Shown: piece after piece, positions 18,060 through 27,235 of the stretch
How the letters are laid out: each line of letters begins with the position of its first letter
How positions within the stretch are numbered: position 1 is the first letter of the stretch
NCBI GenBank assembly: GCA_035712245.1
Contig: DASTBC010000035.1
Coordinates: 1 to 51,717, forward strand
Reading direction: 5' to 3'
Length of the DNA stretch: 51,717 bases
From: Candidatus Eiseniibacteriota bacterium
GTDB taxonomy: Bacteria > Eisenbacteria > RBG-16-71-46 > SZUA-252
Program-made: the position numbers and the translations under genes
Notes under the pieces: model-generated
Database searches by the model: none
Told to the model about the DNA's origin: nothing
The model's input: only the letters and a program-made list of their open reading frames with translations

Positions 18060-19990
18060 GCGCGCGTGACGGCGGGAGCGATCGATTCCGGAGTGGCTCG
18101 GGGCTCGTCGCGAAGCCAGCGTTCCAGCTCGGCGGCGAGAGGCTCGGGGGCGAGTCCCGCGGCCCGCAGCAGCGAGTCGCGGGTGGCGTGATCGAAGAAG
18201 CGGTCCGGCACGCCGAAGCAGCGCGCGCGAAGCCCGGGTACGGGATTTCGCGAGAAGAGGTCGAGCACGCCCTCGCCGAATCCGCCGCTCAGCGCCCCCT
18301 CCTCGAGCGTGGCGACGCGCGGAACCCGCCGCGCCCAGTCGAGGATCAGCCGCTCGTCGAGAGGCTTCGCGAACCGCGCGTTGATCACCGCCACCTCCAC
18401 GCCCCGCGGCGCGAGCTGCTGGGCCACCTTCTCCGCCACCGGCACCATCGTGCCGTACGCGACGAGGAGGAGGTCGGAGCCGGACCTCACGAGCTCGCCC
18501 TCTCCGATCGGGAGCGGCGTGAGGCGCGAATCCATGGAGACGCCGAGCCCGGCCCCGCGCGGATAGCGGACCGCGATGGGCCCCTGGTCGTACGCGACCA
18601 TGGTGGCGAGCATGTGGCGGAACTCGTTCTCGTCCTTCGGAGCCATCAGCACCATGTTCGGAAGACAGCGGAGGTACGCGATGTCGAACACGCCGTGATG
18701 CGTGGCGCCGTCCTCGCCCACGAGCCCCGCGCGGTCCAGCGCGAACCGGACCGGGAGCCCCTGCACCGCGACGTCGTGCACGATCTGGTCGTAGGCGCGC
18801 TGGAGGAAGGTCGAGTAGATCGTGGCGAAGGGCTTCATGCCGGCGGCCGCGAGTCCCGCGGCGAAGCACACGCCGTGCTGCTCCGCGATGCCCACGTCGT
18901 GGAAGCGGTCCGGGAGCGTGGTCGCGAACTTCGCGAGCCCGGTCCCGTCCGTCATGGCCGCGGTGATCGCCACCACGGCGGGGTTCTCCTGTGCCAGCTC
19001 GATCAGGGTCTGTCCGTAGACTTCGGTGTAGGTCGGCGCGGGGGTGGTGCCGCCCTTCTTCGCCGCGGCGCCGGTCAGCTTGTCGAACGAGGCGACGCCA
19101 TGGTACTTCCGCGCGTCGTCCTCGGAGAACTTGTAGCCCTTCCCCTTGCGCGTGAGCGCGTGGAGGAGCACGGGACCCTTCACCTCGCGAAGCTGCTTCA
19201 GGACCTCGAGCAGCATCGGGAGATCGTGTCCGTCGATCGGGCCGTAGTACTTGAAGCCCAGCTCCTCGAAGAGGATGTTCGGAACCATCAGGTTCTTCAT
19301 CCCCTCCTTGAGCCGGCTCACGAGCTTTCGCGCCTTTCGCCCCGCGGGCAGCTTGCCGAGGAGATCCCAGACCTCACCCTCGAACTTGCGATATCCAGGC
19401 GACGAGGAGAGCTTCGTCAGGTAGCGGGCGATCGCGCCCACGTTGGGCGAGATCGACATCGAGTTGTCGTTCAGAACGACGAGGAGGTCCGCCCCCGCGG
19501 TGCCCGCCTGGTTCAGTCCCTCGTACGCGAGGCCGCCGGTGAGCGCTCCGTCTCCGACGACCGCGATCACGGAGTGCTTCTCGCCGCGCAGGTCGCGGGC
19601 GCAGGCGAACCCGAGCCCTGCCGAGATCGCGGTCGACGCGTGCGCGGTGCCGAAGGCGTCGTACGCGCTCTCGGCGCGGCGCGGGAACCCGGAGAGGCCG
19701 CCTTCCTGGCGGAGCGTGTCGAACGTGTCGTTCCGTCCGGTCAGGATCTTGTGCCCGTACGCCTGGTGTCCGACGTCCCAGATCAGGATGTCGCGCGGCG
19801 TGTCGAACGTGTAGTGAAGGGCGATCGTGAGCTCGACCGTCCCGAGGCTCGGGGCCAGGTGGCCTCCGGTCTTCGCCACGACCTGGATGATGCGCTCGCG
19901 GATCTCCGCGGCCACCTCCGGCAGCGCCTCGGGTGGAAGCCGCTTCAGGTCGCCCGGCGTCAGGATCGAGCCCAGATGGTTCGTGCTCAC
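18056..19990 (-). CDS. dxs: 1-deoxy-D-xylulose-5-phosphate synthase
   Basis: 644 aa. GGHLAPSLGTVELTIALH...DVGHQAYGHKILTGR...GDGALTGGLAYEGLN...AEQHGV are Dxs/transketolase-like TPP motifs. GTG start overlaps the upstream stop (GTGA). Confidence 0.95.
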   Translation of the reverse strand: MSTNHLGSILTPGDLKRLPPEALPEVAAEIRERIIQVVAKTGGHLAPSLGTVELTIALHYTFDTPRDILIWDVGHQAYGHKILTGRNDTFDTLRQEGGLSGFPRRAESAYDAFGTAHASTAISAGLGFACARDLRGEKHSVIAVVGDGALTGGLAYEGLNQAGTAGADLLVVLNDNSMSISPNVGAIARYLTKLSSSPGYRKFEGEVWDLLGKLPAGRKARKLVSRLKEGMKNLMVPNILFEELGFKYYGPIDGHDLPMLLEVLKQLREVKGPVLLHALTRKGKGYKFSEDDARKYHGVASFDKLTGAAAKKGGTTPAPTYTEVYGQTLIELAQENPAVVAITAAMTDGTGLAKFATTLPDRFHDVGIAEQHGVCFAAGLAAAGMKPFATIYSTFLQRAYDQIVHDVAVQGLPVRFALDRAGLVGEDGATHHGVFDIAYLRCLPNMVLMAPKDENEFRHMLATMVAYDQGPIAVRYPRGAGLGVSMDSRLTPLPIGEGELVRSGSDLLLVAYGTMVPVAEKVAQQLAPRGVEVAVINARFAKPLDERLILDWARRVPRVATLEEGALSGGFGEGVLDLFSRNPVPGLRARCFGVPDRFFDHATRDSLLRAAGLAPEPLAAELERWLRDEPRATPESIAPAVTRA

Positions 19991-20436
19991 ATGCCTCCCG
20001 GTGGACGGTAGATGGCGAGCGAGTACAGCACCCCGATGATCGCGCCCACGAGGACCTCGATCGGAGTGTGTCCGAGAAGCTCGCGGAGCCGCTCGTGGGG
20101 CGGTCCCGGAAGCTGGATGTGCTCGTGCAGGATTCGGTTCAAGAGCGTCGCCTGGCGCCCGGCCGCCCTCCGAAGTCCCGCCGCATCGTACATGACGATG
20201 AGGCTGAAGTAGAGCACGACGCCGAAGAGGACGGAGCCGGTTCCCTCGCGGAGTCCCACGCAGGTCGTCAGGGCACAGACCGAAGCCGAGTGGGAGCTGG
20301 GCATTCCGCCCGTTTCCACGATGCGCCGCACGTTGATTTTCTTCTCCCGGACGAGGAAGGTCAACACCTTGCTGAGCTGCACCAGGAACCCGCAGGTCAG
20401 CGCGTGGAACAGCGGACTGCCCGCGAGATCGGCCAT
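19987..20436 (-). CDS. Divergent PAP2 family membrane protein (DUF212 / YuiD-like)
   Basis: 149 aa. GGMPSSHSASVCAL...IVMYDAAGLRRAAGRQATLLN...LRELLGHTPIEVLVGAIIG matches the divergent PAP2 signature as I remember it. Start at ATG 20436; the rest of ORF 19987..21153 overlaps ispA in another frame. Confidence 0.8.
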   Translation of the reverse strand: MADLAGSPLFHALTCGFLVQLSKVLTFLVREKKINVRRIVETGGMPSSHSASVCALTTCVGLREGTGSVLFGVVLYFSLIVMYDAAGLRRAAGRQATLLNRILHEHIQLPGPPHERLRELLGHTPIEVLVGAIIGVLYSLAIYRPPGGM

Positions 20437-20438
20437 CC

Positions 20439-21329
20439 CTAATGAGTACGATGGAGGAGGTAATCTGTCACGGACTCGAATTCCGCGGCGCGGCGCCCGA
20501 GCCGCGGGGCGATCGCCGCCGCTTCCCGGAGGAGCCGGGCCGCTTCCCGCTCCGCCCGGATCGAGCCCGCCCGGGCCGCGGTCGCCTTGCCCCGCTTCCG
20601 GTCCGAGCCCGCCGCCTTGCCCAGCTCCTTGCGGGTGGAGCGGACGTTCAGGAGGTCGTCCACGATCTGGAACGCGAGGCCCACGCGCTCTCCGTAGGCG
20701 TCGAACGCGCGAAGCCGGGCCGTGGAGGCCCCTCCGATCTGCGCCCCGAGCCGCAGCGACCCCCGGATCAGCGCTCCCGTCTTCATGCGGTGCATGGCGT
20801 AGATGCGCGGGAGCGGGACCTTCTTCCCCTCGAAGAGGAGGTCCAGGGCCTGTCCTCCGATCATCCCCTTCGGGCCGGTCGCCTCGCATACCGTCCGCAG
20901 GAGCGCGCACGGGTTCCGTCCCTCCCCCATCGGCCGTCGCGTGAGCGTCTCGAACGCGAGCGAGAGGAGCGCGTCCCCGGCGAGGATCGCCATCCCCTCG
21001 CCGTAGACGATGTGATTCGTCGGACGGCCGCGCCGCCAGTCGTCGTCGTCCATGCCGGGAAGATCGTCGTGGATGAGGCTGAAGGCGTGGATCATCTCGA
21101 GCGACGCGGCGGCGTCGATCGCCGGCGCGCTCTTCCCGAGGACCGAGTCGCACGCGAGGAGGCAGAGCGCGGGCCGGATCCGCTTCCCTCCCGCGAGCAC
21201 GCTGTACCGCATCGCCTCGTGCAGCTTCCGGGGCTCGAGGCGGGGAGACGGCAGCAGGCGGTCGAGCGCGGCGTCGATTCGCGGACGCGCGCGCTCGAGA
21301 TACGCCTCAAAACGGGAGCTCGTCGCCAC
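20439..21329 (-). CDS. ispA: Farnesyl/geranylgeranyl diphosphate synthase (polyprenyl synthetase)
   Basis: First DDxxD motif is LIHDDLPGMDDDDWRRGRPTNH; second is FQIVDDLLN. It sits in the conserved xseB-ispA-dxs neighbourhood. Confidence 0.9.
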   Translation of the reverse strand: MATSSRFEAYLERARPRIDAALDRLLPSPRLEPRKLHEAMRYSVLAGGKRIRPALCLLACDSVLGKSAPAIDAAASLEMIHAFSLIHDDLPGMDDDDWRRGRPTNHIVYGEGMAILAGDALLSLAFETLTRRPMGEGRNPCALLRTVCEATGPKGMIGGQALDLLFEGKKVPLPRIYAMHRMKTGALIRGSLRLGAQIGGASTARLRAFDAYGERVGLAFQIVDDLLNVRSTRKELGKAAGSDRKRGKATAARAGSIRAEREAARLLREAAAIAPRLGRRAAEFESVTDYLLHRTH

Positions 21330-21606
21330 CCGTCCCCGCCTCGTCCTCGACTCCCTGGAGCGGTGTCTCCTGAGCCGTCCCGCGCGCGTCGCGCGTGAGC
21401 TTCCGGATCCGCTCCTCCGCCTGGTTCAGCACCTCCGTGCACCGGCGCACGAGATCCATCCCCTCCTCGAAGGAGCGGATCGAGTCCTCGAGCGTCAGAT
21501 TCCCCTGCTCGAGACGCCCCACGAGATCCTGGAGCCGGTCCATCATGGTCTCGAAGCTCGGCGCCTCGCCCGTCGCGTTCGGGTCGGCAGCTGCCTTCCT
21601 CGTCAT
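21307..21606 (-). CDS. xseB: Exodeoxyribonuclease VII small subunit
   Basis: MTRKAAADP...SFETMMDRLQDLVGRLEQGNLTLEDSIRSFEEGMDLVRRCTEVLNQAEERI is a typical XseB helical hairpin. ATG 21606 overlaps the xseA stop (ATGA). The 3' end overlaps the ispA start by 23 nt. Confidence 0.88.
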   Translation of the reverse strand: MTRKAAADPNATGEAPSFETMMDRLQDLVGRLEQGNLTLEDSIRSFEEGMDLVRRCTEVLNQAEERIRKLTRDARGTAQETPLQGVEDEAGTGGDELPF

Positions 21607-23003
21607 GGGCCCTCCTTCGCCTTCTCGGGACGCACACGAAGGACGCTCGCATCGGCCTTGGCATCCGCGAACTGGATCTCGATCGGATCCTCCGCGCGAA
21701 GCGCGCCGCCCCGCGGCACGAGGCGCCGCTCGCCCGAGGCGCTCCAGACGAGCGCGTATCCCCTTCGAAGGACGCCGCGGTAGTCGTAGGACGCCAGGAG
21801 CCGCTGGTCGCGAGCCGCGAGGCCGCGGCCGCGCGCGACCGCATCCAGCGCGCACCGCTCCGCGCGGTGGGCGAGCGCCAGGAGGCGCTCCCGCGTGCGC
21901 TCGAGCGAGCGTGACGGGGCGTGCGCCCGGAGGATGCCTTCGATCGATTCGAGCCGCCGCCGGCGCTGCGAGACCCACCCGGTGAGCCCGCGCACGAGGC
22001 ACTCCTTCTGGTCGTCCACCTCGCGGAGGCCGTCGTGCACGCGGCGCAGCGGCTCGCGCATCGCATGGTGGCTCCGGATGCCGGCGAGGTGGGTCGCTCG
22101 CTGGCCGAGCTCGCGCCGGAGTCGCTCGCGCGCGTGCTTCGACAGGGACTCGAGGGCGCCCAGGACCTCGTCGCGGCTCTTCGCGACGAGCTGCGCCGCG
22201 TGCGTGGGTGTCGCGGCCCTGGCGTCGGCGGCCAGATCGGCGAGCGTCACGTCGCTCTCGTGTCCCACCGCGGACACGACGGGGATCGCCGATCCCGCGA
22301 TGGCGCGCACCAGGGGCTCCTCGTTGAACGCCCAGAGATCCTCGAGGGATCCTCCGCCCCGCCCCACGATCATCACGTCCGCCCGCCCCCACTCGTTGAT
22401 GAGCCGGATCGACGCCGCCAGATCGAGCGAGGCTCCGGGTCCCTGCACGGCGGCGGGAGCGACGGTCACGCGCACGTACGGGGCGCGCTGGCGGAGGATC
22501 CGGATCATGTCGCGGATGGCCGCGCCCGTGGGCGACGTGACGATCGCGACCCGGGTCGGGTACCGCGGGAGCGGCCGCTTCCGATCCGGGCTGAAGAGCC
22601 CTTCCGCTTCGAGCGAGCGCTTCAACGCCTCGAACTTCGCCTGGAGCGCGCCCGATCCCACGGGCGCGACCTTCTCCGCGATCAGCGAGATGGAGCCGCC
22701 TTGCGCGTAGTACTCGATCGCGCCTTCGACCTGGACCACGACGCCATTGGCGAGGGACCCGTGGGACACGCGAACCCGGCTCTTGAAGAGCGCGACCCGG
22801 AGGACCGCGCCCGAGTCCTTGAGGCTGAAGTAGACGTGGGATCCGGGCGTGAACCTCCAGCCCGTGATCTCGCCCTGCACCGTGACGTACGGGAATTGCT
22901 CCGCGAGGGAGTACTGGAGGGCGCGCGCGATCTCGGATACCGAGTAGACGCGCGGCCCTTCGTCCCGCGGGGCCACGCGCGTGATGAAGGGACGCCGGCT
23001 CAC
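21603..23003 (-). CDS. xseA: Exodeoxyribonuclease VII large subunit
   Basis: VYSVSEIARALQYSLAEQFPYVTVQGEITGWRFTPGSHVYFSLKD is the OB-fold N-terminus. Also has IVTSPTGAAIRD and GRGGGSLEDLWAFNEE. GTG 23003 overlaps the folD stop (GTGA). Confidence 0.9.
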   Translation of the reverse strand: MSRRPFITRVAPRDEGPRVYSVSEIARALQYSLAEQFPYVTVQGEITGWRFTPGSHVYFSLKDSGAVLRVALFKSRVRVSHGSLANGVVVQVEGAIEYYAQGGSISLIAEKVAPVGSGALQAKFEALKRSLEAEGLFSPDRKRPLPRYPTRVAIVTSPTGAAIRDMIRILRQRAPYVRVTVAPAAVQGPGASLDLAASIRLINEWGRADVMIVGRGGGSLEDLWAFNEEPLVRAIAGSAIPVVSAVGHESDVTLADLAADARAATPTHAAQLVAKSRDEVLGALESLSKHARERLRRELGQRATHLAGIRSHHAMREPLRRVHDGLREVDDQKECLVRGLTGWVSQRRRRLESIEGILRAHAPSRSLERTRERLLALAHRAERCALDAVARGRGLAARDQRLLASYDYRGVLRRGYALVWSASGERRLVPRGGALRAEDPIEIQFADAKADASVLRVRPEKAKEGP

Positions 23004-23893
23004 GACGCGGCCTGCGCCTCCGCGGCATCGGCGAGGTTCCGGAGGAGCATCGCCACGGTGAGCGGCCCCACGCCTCCGGGCACCGGGGTGAGCGCCGAGG
23101 CGACGGCGCCGACGGACTCGGGATCGACGTCGCCCGTGTATCGGGGCGTCCCCTCGGGCGGGTTCTCGACGGCATGGATGCCCACGTCCACGACCACCGC
23201 GCCGGGCCGCACGTGCTCCGCGCGGATCGCATGCCGGGCGCCGATCGCGACGACCAGGATCTCGGCCTCGCGCGTCACCGCCGCGAGGTCTCGCGTTCCC
23301 GAGTGGCAGAGGGTCACCGTCGCGTTCATCCCCTCGCGCCGCTCGGAGAGGAGGACCGAGAGCGGACGGCCCACGATGCGGCTCCGCCCCACGACGACGA
23401 CGCGCTTCCCCGAGAGATCCCCGACGTGGCGGCGGAGCAGCTCGACGACGCCGAGGGGTGTCGCGGGACGATGGCCCGGCAGGCCGCTCACCCACCGCCC
23501 CACGTTCATGGGATGGAGCCCGTCCACGTCCTTCACCGGGGGCACGTCCTCGAGGAACCGCTCCTCGCGCAGGTGCGACGGAAGCGGCAGCTGGAGAATG
23601 ATCCCGTGCACGGAGCGATCCGCGCTCAGGGCGTGGAGCGTGGAGCGGACCGCGTTCTCGGGCGACGCGGCGGAAAGACGCTCGACCCGCGCCGTCGCGC
23701 CGAGCGACTCCGCGGCGGCGCACTTCGAGCGGACGTAGGGATTCCCCCCCGGCGGCTCGCCCACGGTCACGACCGCGAGCCCCGGCACCACGCCGCGCTC
23801 CCGCAGGCGGGCGAAGCGATCCCTCACGCCCGCCTTGATCTCGTCGGCCAGGGGCGCGCCCCGGAGGCGCAGGGCCGGCACGGCGACGCTCAC
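23000..23893 (-). CDS. folD: Bifunctional methylenetetrahydrofolate dehydrogenase/cyclohydrolase
   Basis: PGLAVVTVGE...NPYVRSK...HGIILQLPLP...VKDVDGLHP.N.G...VVVGRSRIVGRP...GGVGPLTVAML are canonical FolD motifs. GTG 23893 overlaps the ymdB stop (GTGA). Confidence 0.92.
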   Translation of the reverse strand: MSVAVPALRLRGAPLADEIKAGVRDRFARLRERGVVPGLAVVTVGEPPGGNPYVRSKCAAAESLGATARVERLSAASPENAVRSTLHALSADRSVHGIILQLPLPSHLREERFLEDVPPVKDVDGLHPMNVGRWVSGLPGHRPATPLGVVELLRRHVGDLSGKRVVVVGRSRIVGRPLSVLLSERREGMNATVTLCHSGTRDLAAVTREAEILVVAIGARHAIRAEHVRPGAVVVDVGIHAVENPPEGTPRYTGDVDPESVGAVASALTPVPGGVGPLTVAMLLRNLADAAEAQAAS

Positions 23894-24699
23894 GCCACCG
23901 GGACCCGCGGCGCCGGGCTCAGGGCCAGGGAGATTCGCTCGATGTGGCGGCAGTGTCCCGTGACCTCGTCCACGTCGAGATGGACGCCGTTCAGCCGGAT
24001 GTCCCCCGTCGCGGGCTCGAAGCGCGTGGGAAGGAGCGTGAGGAACTTCTGGATCGCGAGCTCCTTTCGCACTCCGATCACGGAATCGTACGGTCCCGTC
24101 ATGCCGGCGTCCGTGATGTATCCGGTTCCCTTGGGGAGCACCCGCTCGTCCGCGGTCTGGATGTGCGTGTGCGTGCCGAGGAGCGCGGAGATCCGCCCGT
24201 CCAGGTACCAGCCGAGCGCCACCTTCTCCGCGGTCGCCTCGGCGTGGAAGTCGAGGAGGATGATCCGGGCTCCGAGATCGCGCAGCCGCGCGACCTCCTG
24301 GTCCGCGACGCGGAAGGGGCACAGGAGCTCCCGCATGAAGACCCGGCCCATCAGGTTCAGCACCCCGATCTTCACGCCGTCCCGGCTCGTGAAGAGCTTC
24401 GACCCCGTTCCGGGAACTCCCTCCGGGTAGTTGTGCGGGCGCAGGAGGAGCGGCTCGGAGTCGAGGAGCGGCAGCGACTCGCGCCGGTCCCAGATGTGAT
24501 TGCCGCTCGTCATCGCCTCGAGGCCGAGCTCCTTCAGCTCCTCGAGGATGTCCTTCGTGACGCCGAAGCCCGCGGCGGAATTCTCCACGTTGCCCACGAC
24601 GAAGTCGATTCCCATCGACGAGACGATGTCGGGAACCAGCTCGCGCACGGCCTTGCGGCCCGGCGAGCCGTAGATGTCGGCGATGAAGAGGAGGTTCAT
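23890..24699 (-). CDS. ymdB: YmdB-family metallophosphoesterase (2',3'-cyclic-nucleotide phosphodiesterase-like)
   Basis: MNLLFIADIYGSPGR...DFVVGNVENSAAGFG...TSGNHIWD...DFHAEATAEK...GTHTH. Lies directly downstream of rny, as in Bacillus. Confidence 0.88.
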   Translation of the reverse strand: MNLLFIADIYGSPGRKAVRELVPDIVSSMGIDFVVGNVENSAAGFGVTKDILEELKELGLEAMTSGNHIWDRRESLPLLDSEPLLLRPHNYPEGVPGTGSKLFTSRDGVKIGVLNLMGRVFMRELLCPFRVADQEVARLRDLGARIILLDFHAEATAEKVALGWYLDGRISALLGTHTHIQTADERVLPKGTGYITDAGMTGPYDSVIGVRKELAIQKFLTLLPTRFEPATGDIRLNGVHLDVDEVTGHCRHIERISLALSPAPRVPVA

Positions 24700-24706
24700 C
24701 GGAACC

Positions 24707-26275
24707 CTACCGGGCGTACTCCATCGCGCGCGTCTCGCGGATCACGATCACCTTGATCTGGCCCGGATACTGGAGCTCGCGCTCCACCCGCCTCGCGACG
24801 TCCGACGCGAGCTGCACCGCGCGGGCGTCGTCGACGTTCTTCGGCTCCACCATGATGCGCACCTCGCGCCCCGCCTGGATCGCGTACGACTTCTCCACCC
24901 CGGGGAAGCTGTCGGCGATCTTCTCGAGCGCCTCGAGGCGCTTCACGTAGTTCTCGATGCTCTCGCGGCGGGCTCCCGGCCGCGCTCCCGAGACCGCGTC
25001 GGCGGCCATCACGAGCACCGCGTACAGGTTCTCGGCCGTGGGATCGTGATGATGGTAGCCCACGGCGCGAACGACCTCGTCGGGCTCGCCGTACTTCTTC
25101 GCGAAGTCCATCGAGATCTGGGCATGAGCGCCCTCGACCTCGTGCGTCACGGCCTTGCCGAGGTCGTGGAGGAGTCCGGCGCGCTTCGCGAGCTGGATGT
25201 CGAACCCGAGCTGCGCGGCCATGATCCCGCAGATCCAGGCGACCTCCTTCGAGTGCTGGAGGATGTTCTGGCCGTAGGAGGTCCGGTACTGGAGCCGGCC
25301 GAGGAGCTTCACGATCTCGGGATGCATCGAGTGGACCCCGACTTCGAGGACCGCCGACTCGCCCAGCTCGAGGATCTGCTCCTCGACTTCCTTCTGGGTC
25401 TTGGCGACGACCTCCTCGATGCGCGCGGGGTGGATGCGTCCGTCCGTGACGAGCTTCGTGAGCGCCCGCTTCGCAACCTCGCGCCGGACCGGATCGAATC
25501 CGGAGAGGATCACGGCCTCGGGCGTGTCGTCGATGATGACGTCGATCCCGGTCACGGTCTCGAAGGCGCGGATATTCCGGCCCTCGCGCCCGATGATCCG
25601 CCCCTTCATCTCGTCGTTCGGTAGATGGACGACCGAGACGGTGGACTCGGCCGAGTGGTCGGCGGCGCAGCGCTGGATCGCGAGGGTGACGATCTCGCGC
25701 GCCTCCTTCTCGGCGTTCCGCGTCGCCTCCTCGCGAATCTCCTGGAGCCGCTTCGCGGCTTCGGACTTGGCCTCGTTCTCCATGTTGGCGATGAGCATGG
25801 CCTTGGCCTCGTCCATGGTCATGCCGCTGATCCGCTGGAGGCGCGCGTTCTGCTCGTTCAGGATCCGCGCCAGGTCCTTGTCCCGCTCCGCCAGGGCCTC
25901 GCCGCGGACCTCGAGCTCCCGCTCGAGCCGCTTCTGGTCGCGCTCCTTCTTGTCGAGGACCTCGGCCCGGCGGTTCAGGTTCGACTCCAGCTCGTGCAGG
26001 CGCCGGTCCATCCCCTGGATCTCCGCCTTCTGAGACTGGACCTCGCGGTCGATCTTCGCCTTCTCGCGGAACCATTCGTCCTTGGCTTCGAGGATGGCGC
26101 TCTTCTTCTGGTTCTCCGCCTCCTTCTCGGCTTCCCGGACGATCTTCGCGGCGAGCTGCTCCGCGCCGTACACCTTTCCTTCCCCGATCCGACGGTGCGC
26201 GATCCAGCCGCCGAGAAACGCGACGGCCGCCGCCCCGAGCGCGACGAGGACGACCACCCATGGCGTGAACGTCAT
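24707..26275 (-). CDS. rny: Ribonuclease Y
   Basis: Has an N-terminal TM helix ([24 protein letters not shown]) and a coiled coil. A KH domain ([24 protein letters not shown]) and an HD domain (HS.EVA...LLHDLGKA) follow. ATG 26275 is preceded by a gggagg RBS. Confidence 0.93.
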   Translation of the reverse strand: MTFTPWVVVLVALGAAAVAFLGGWIAHRRIGEGKVYGAEQLAAKIVREAEKEAENQKKSAILEAKDEWFREKAKIDREVQSQKAEIQGMDRRLHELESNLNRRAEVLDKKERDQKRLERELEVRGEALAERDKDLARILNEQNARLQRISGMTMDEAKAMLIANMENEAKSEAAKRLQEIREEATRNAEKEAREIVTLAIQRCAADHSAESTVSVVHLPNDEMKGRIIGREGRNIRAFETVTGIDVIIDDTPEAVILSGFDPVRREVAKRALTKLVTDGRIHPARIEEVVAKTQKEVEEQILELGESAVLEVGVHSMHPEIVKLLGRLQYRTSYGQNILQHSKEVAWICGIMAAQLGFDIQLAKRAGLLHDLGKAVTHEVEGAHAQISMDFAKKYGEPDEVVRAVGYHHHDPTAENLYAVLVMAADAVSGARPGARRESIENYVKRLEALEKIADSFPGVEKSYAIQAGREVRIMVEPKNVDDARAVQLASDVARRVERELQYPGQIKVIVIRETRAMEYAR

Positions 26276-26294
26276 GAGACCGGCCTCCCGGTAT

Positions 26295-26482
26295 AAAAAA
26301 GCGCCCCGCCGATGCCGTGGGTACGAGGCTTTTGAACCTGGAAGTTTCCAGGTGGGTGCCCTGGACCCGGGTCCGCGTCGCCCGCGTCGGGCGGGCCTCC
26401 ACTTCGCCGAGTCTTCAAGCTCCCGTCTTTCGAGTTGTGGCTCAAAAATGCCTGGCACATCACGAACATGGCAGGGTGCTAG
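26295..26482 (-). ncRNA. ssrS: Candidate 6S RNA (SsrS)
   Basis: A ~180-nt region directly downstream of zapA, matching E. coli zapA-ssrS synteny. The first ~31 nt (AGCACCCUGCCAUGUUCGUGAUGUGCCAGGC) pair imperfectly with the last ~30 nt (AGCCUCGUACCCACGGCAUCGGCGGGGCGC) to form a closing stem. The 5' bubble strand UUUUUGAGCCACAACUCGAAAG resembles E. coli CCUGAGCCGAUAUUUCAUACC. The 3' bubble strand has the hairpin ACCUGGAAACUUCCAGGU followed by UCAAAAGCC (compare E. coli CCAAGGGUUCAAGGGUUACAGCC). An apical GCCCGC/GCGGGC hairpin is present and the region ends in U6. Folded by eye only. Confidence 0.55.
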
Positions 26483-26555
26483 TCCCCAACTGCTATGTGG
26501 TACGGATACCCTCGATAGTCCTCCGGAAGCCGGGTTGTCGTCGACGGGAACTCGA

Positions 26556-26849
26556 TCATTTCTCGCTGAGGTTGTCGCTCAGGAGGCGCCCCCATTCGCG
26601 GGCGCGCTCGCGCAACTCGTTCTCACGTCGCGTGCGCTCGTCGCGCTCGCGAAAGAGCTCATCGGCGATGTTCAGCGAAGCCAGGATCGCGAGCTTGGCC
26701 GGAGTGCCTCCCGGGACGCGCTGGGTCAGCTCCCGCATCTTGCCGTCCACGTAGGCGGCGACCACCTGGATGTAATCCGGATCCGCGCCGCGGATCTTGT
26801 ACTCGCTGCCGAAGATCGTCACGCTCTGCGTGTTCGGTTCGGTCGTCAT
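26556..26849 (-). CDS. zapA: Cell division protein ZapA
   Basis: 97 aa. [34 protein letters not shown]...[15 protein letters not shown] matches the ZapA pattern. Confidence 0.88.
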   Translation of the reverse strand: MTTEPNTQSVTIFGSEYKIRGADPDYIQVVAAYVDGKMRELTQRVPGGTPAKLAILASLNIADELFRERDERTRRENELRERAREWGRLLSDNLSEK

Positions 26850-26926
26850 CGCGATACCTCAATTCGATCGATCGTTTCCCGCGACGGCCCGAGCCCCCGA
26901 GGGCCTTCCCTTCGGACCGCCTTGCC

Positions 26927-27235
26927 TCAAGCGTGGACCGCCTTGTGCAGTTGGTCCAGCTTGACCAGCATGTCCTCCACCCGTTTCGCCATCACGCGCC
27001 GCTCGTCGAGGAGCGCCGTGCGCTCCGCCTCGAGGGCCTGGATCTGCGGCTTCAGGGCGTCGGCATTCTTTCCGGCGCGCGCCTCCACGTCGACGAGACG
27101 CTGCCTCAGATCTCCGTTCTCCGCCTCCAGCCGCTTCTTCTCCTCACGGAGCTTCGTGAGGATTCCCACCGCGGCCTGGATCCGGTCTTCGAGCTGATCC
27201 AGCTCAGGCACTGCCACTCGAGTCTCAACCGTCAT
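26927..27235 (-). CDS. Small coiled-coil protein, ZapB-like (function tentative)
   Basis: 102 aa and almost entirely heptad coiled coil (LDQLEDRIQAAVGILTKLREEKKRLEAENGDLRQRL...). ATG 27235 overlaps the pheT stop (ATGA). Located immediately upstream of zapA. Confidence 0.65.
   Translation of the reverse strand: MTVETRVAVPELDQLEDRIQAAVGILTKLREEKKRLEAENGDLRQRLVDVEARAGKNADALKPQIQALEAERTALLDERRVMAKRVEDMLVKLDQLHKAVHA

Noticed and set aside
14033-20011. Plus-strand ORFs 14033..16009 (658 aa), 16136..17302, 17199..18191 and 18188..20011 (607 aa).
   Set aside because: They are antisense to trpE, recN, nadK and dxs, all of which are confidently identified on the minus strand.
21921-24430. Plus-strand ORFs 21921..23738 (605 aa) and 23174..24430 (418 aa), and the long N-terminal extensions of ORFs 21307..23232, 21603..23723 and 23000..24322.
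   Set aside because: These are antisense shadows or out-of-frame read-through into the upstream gene. The true starts are fixed by 4-nt overlaps with the upstream stops and by where family similarity begins.
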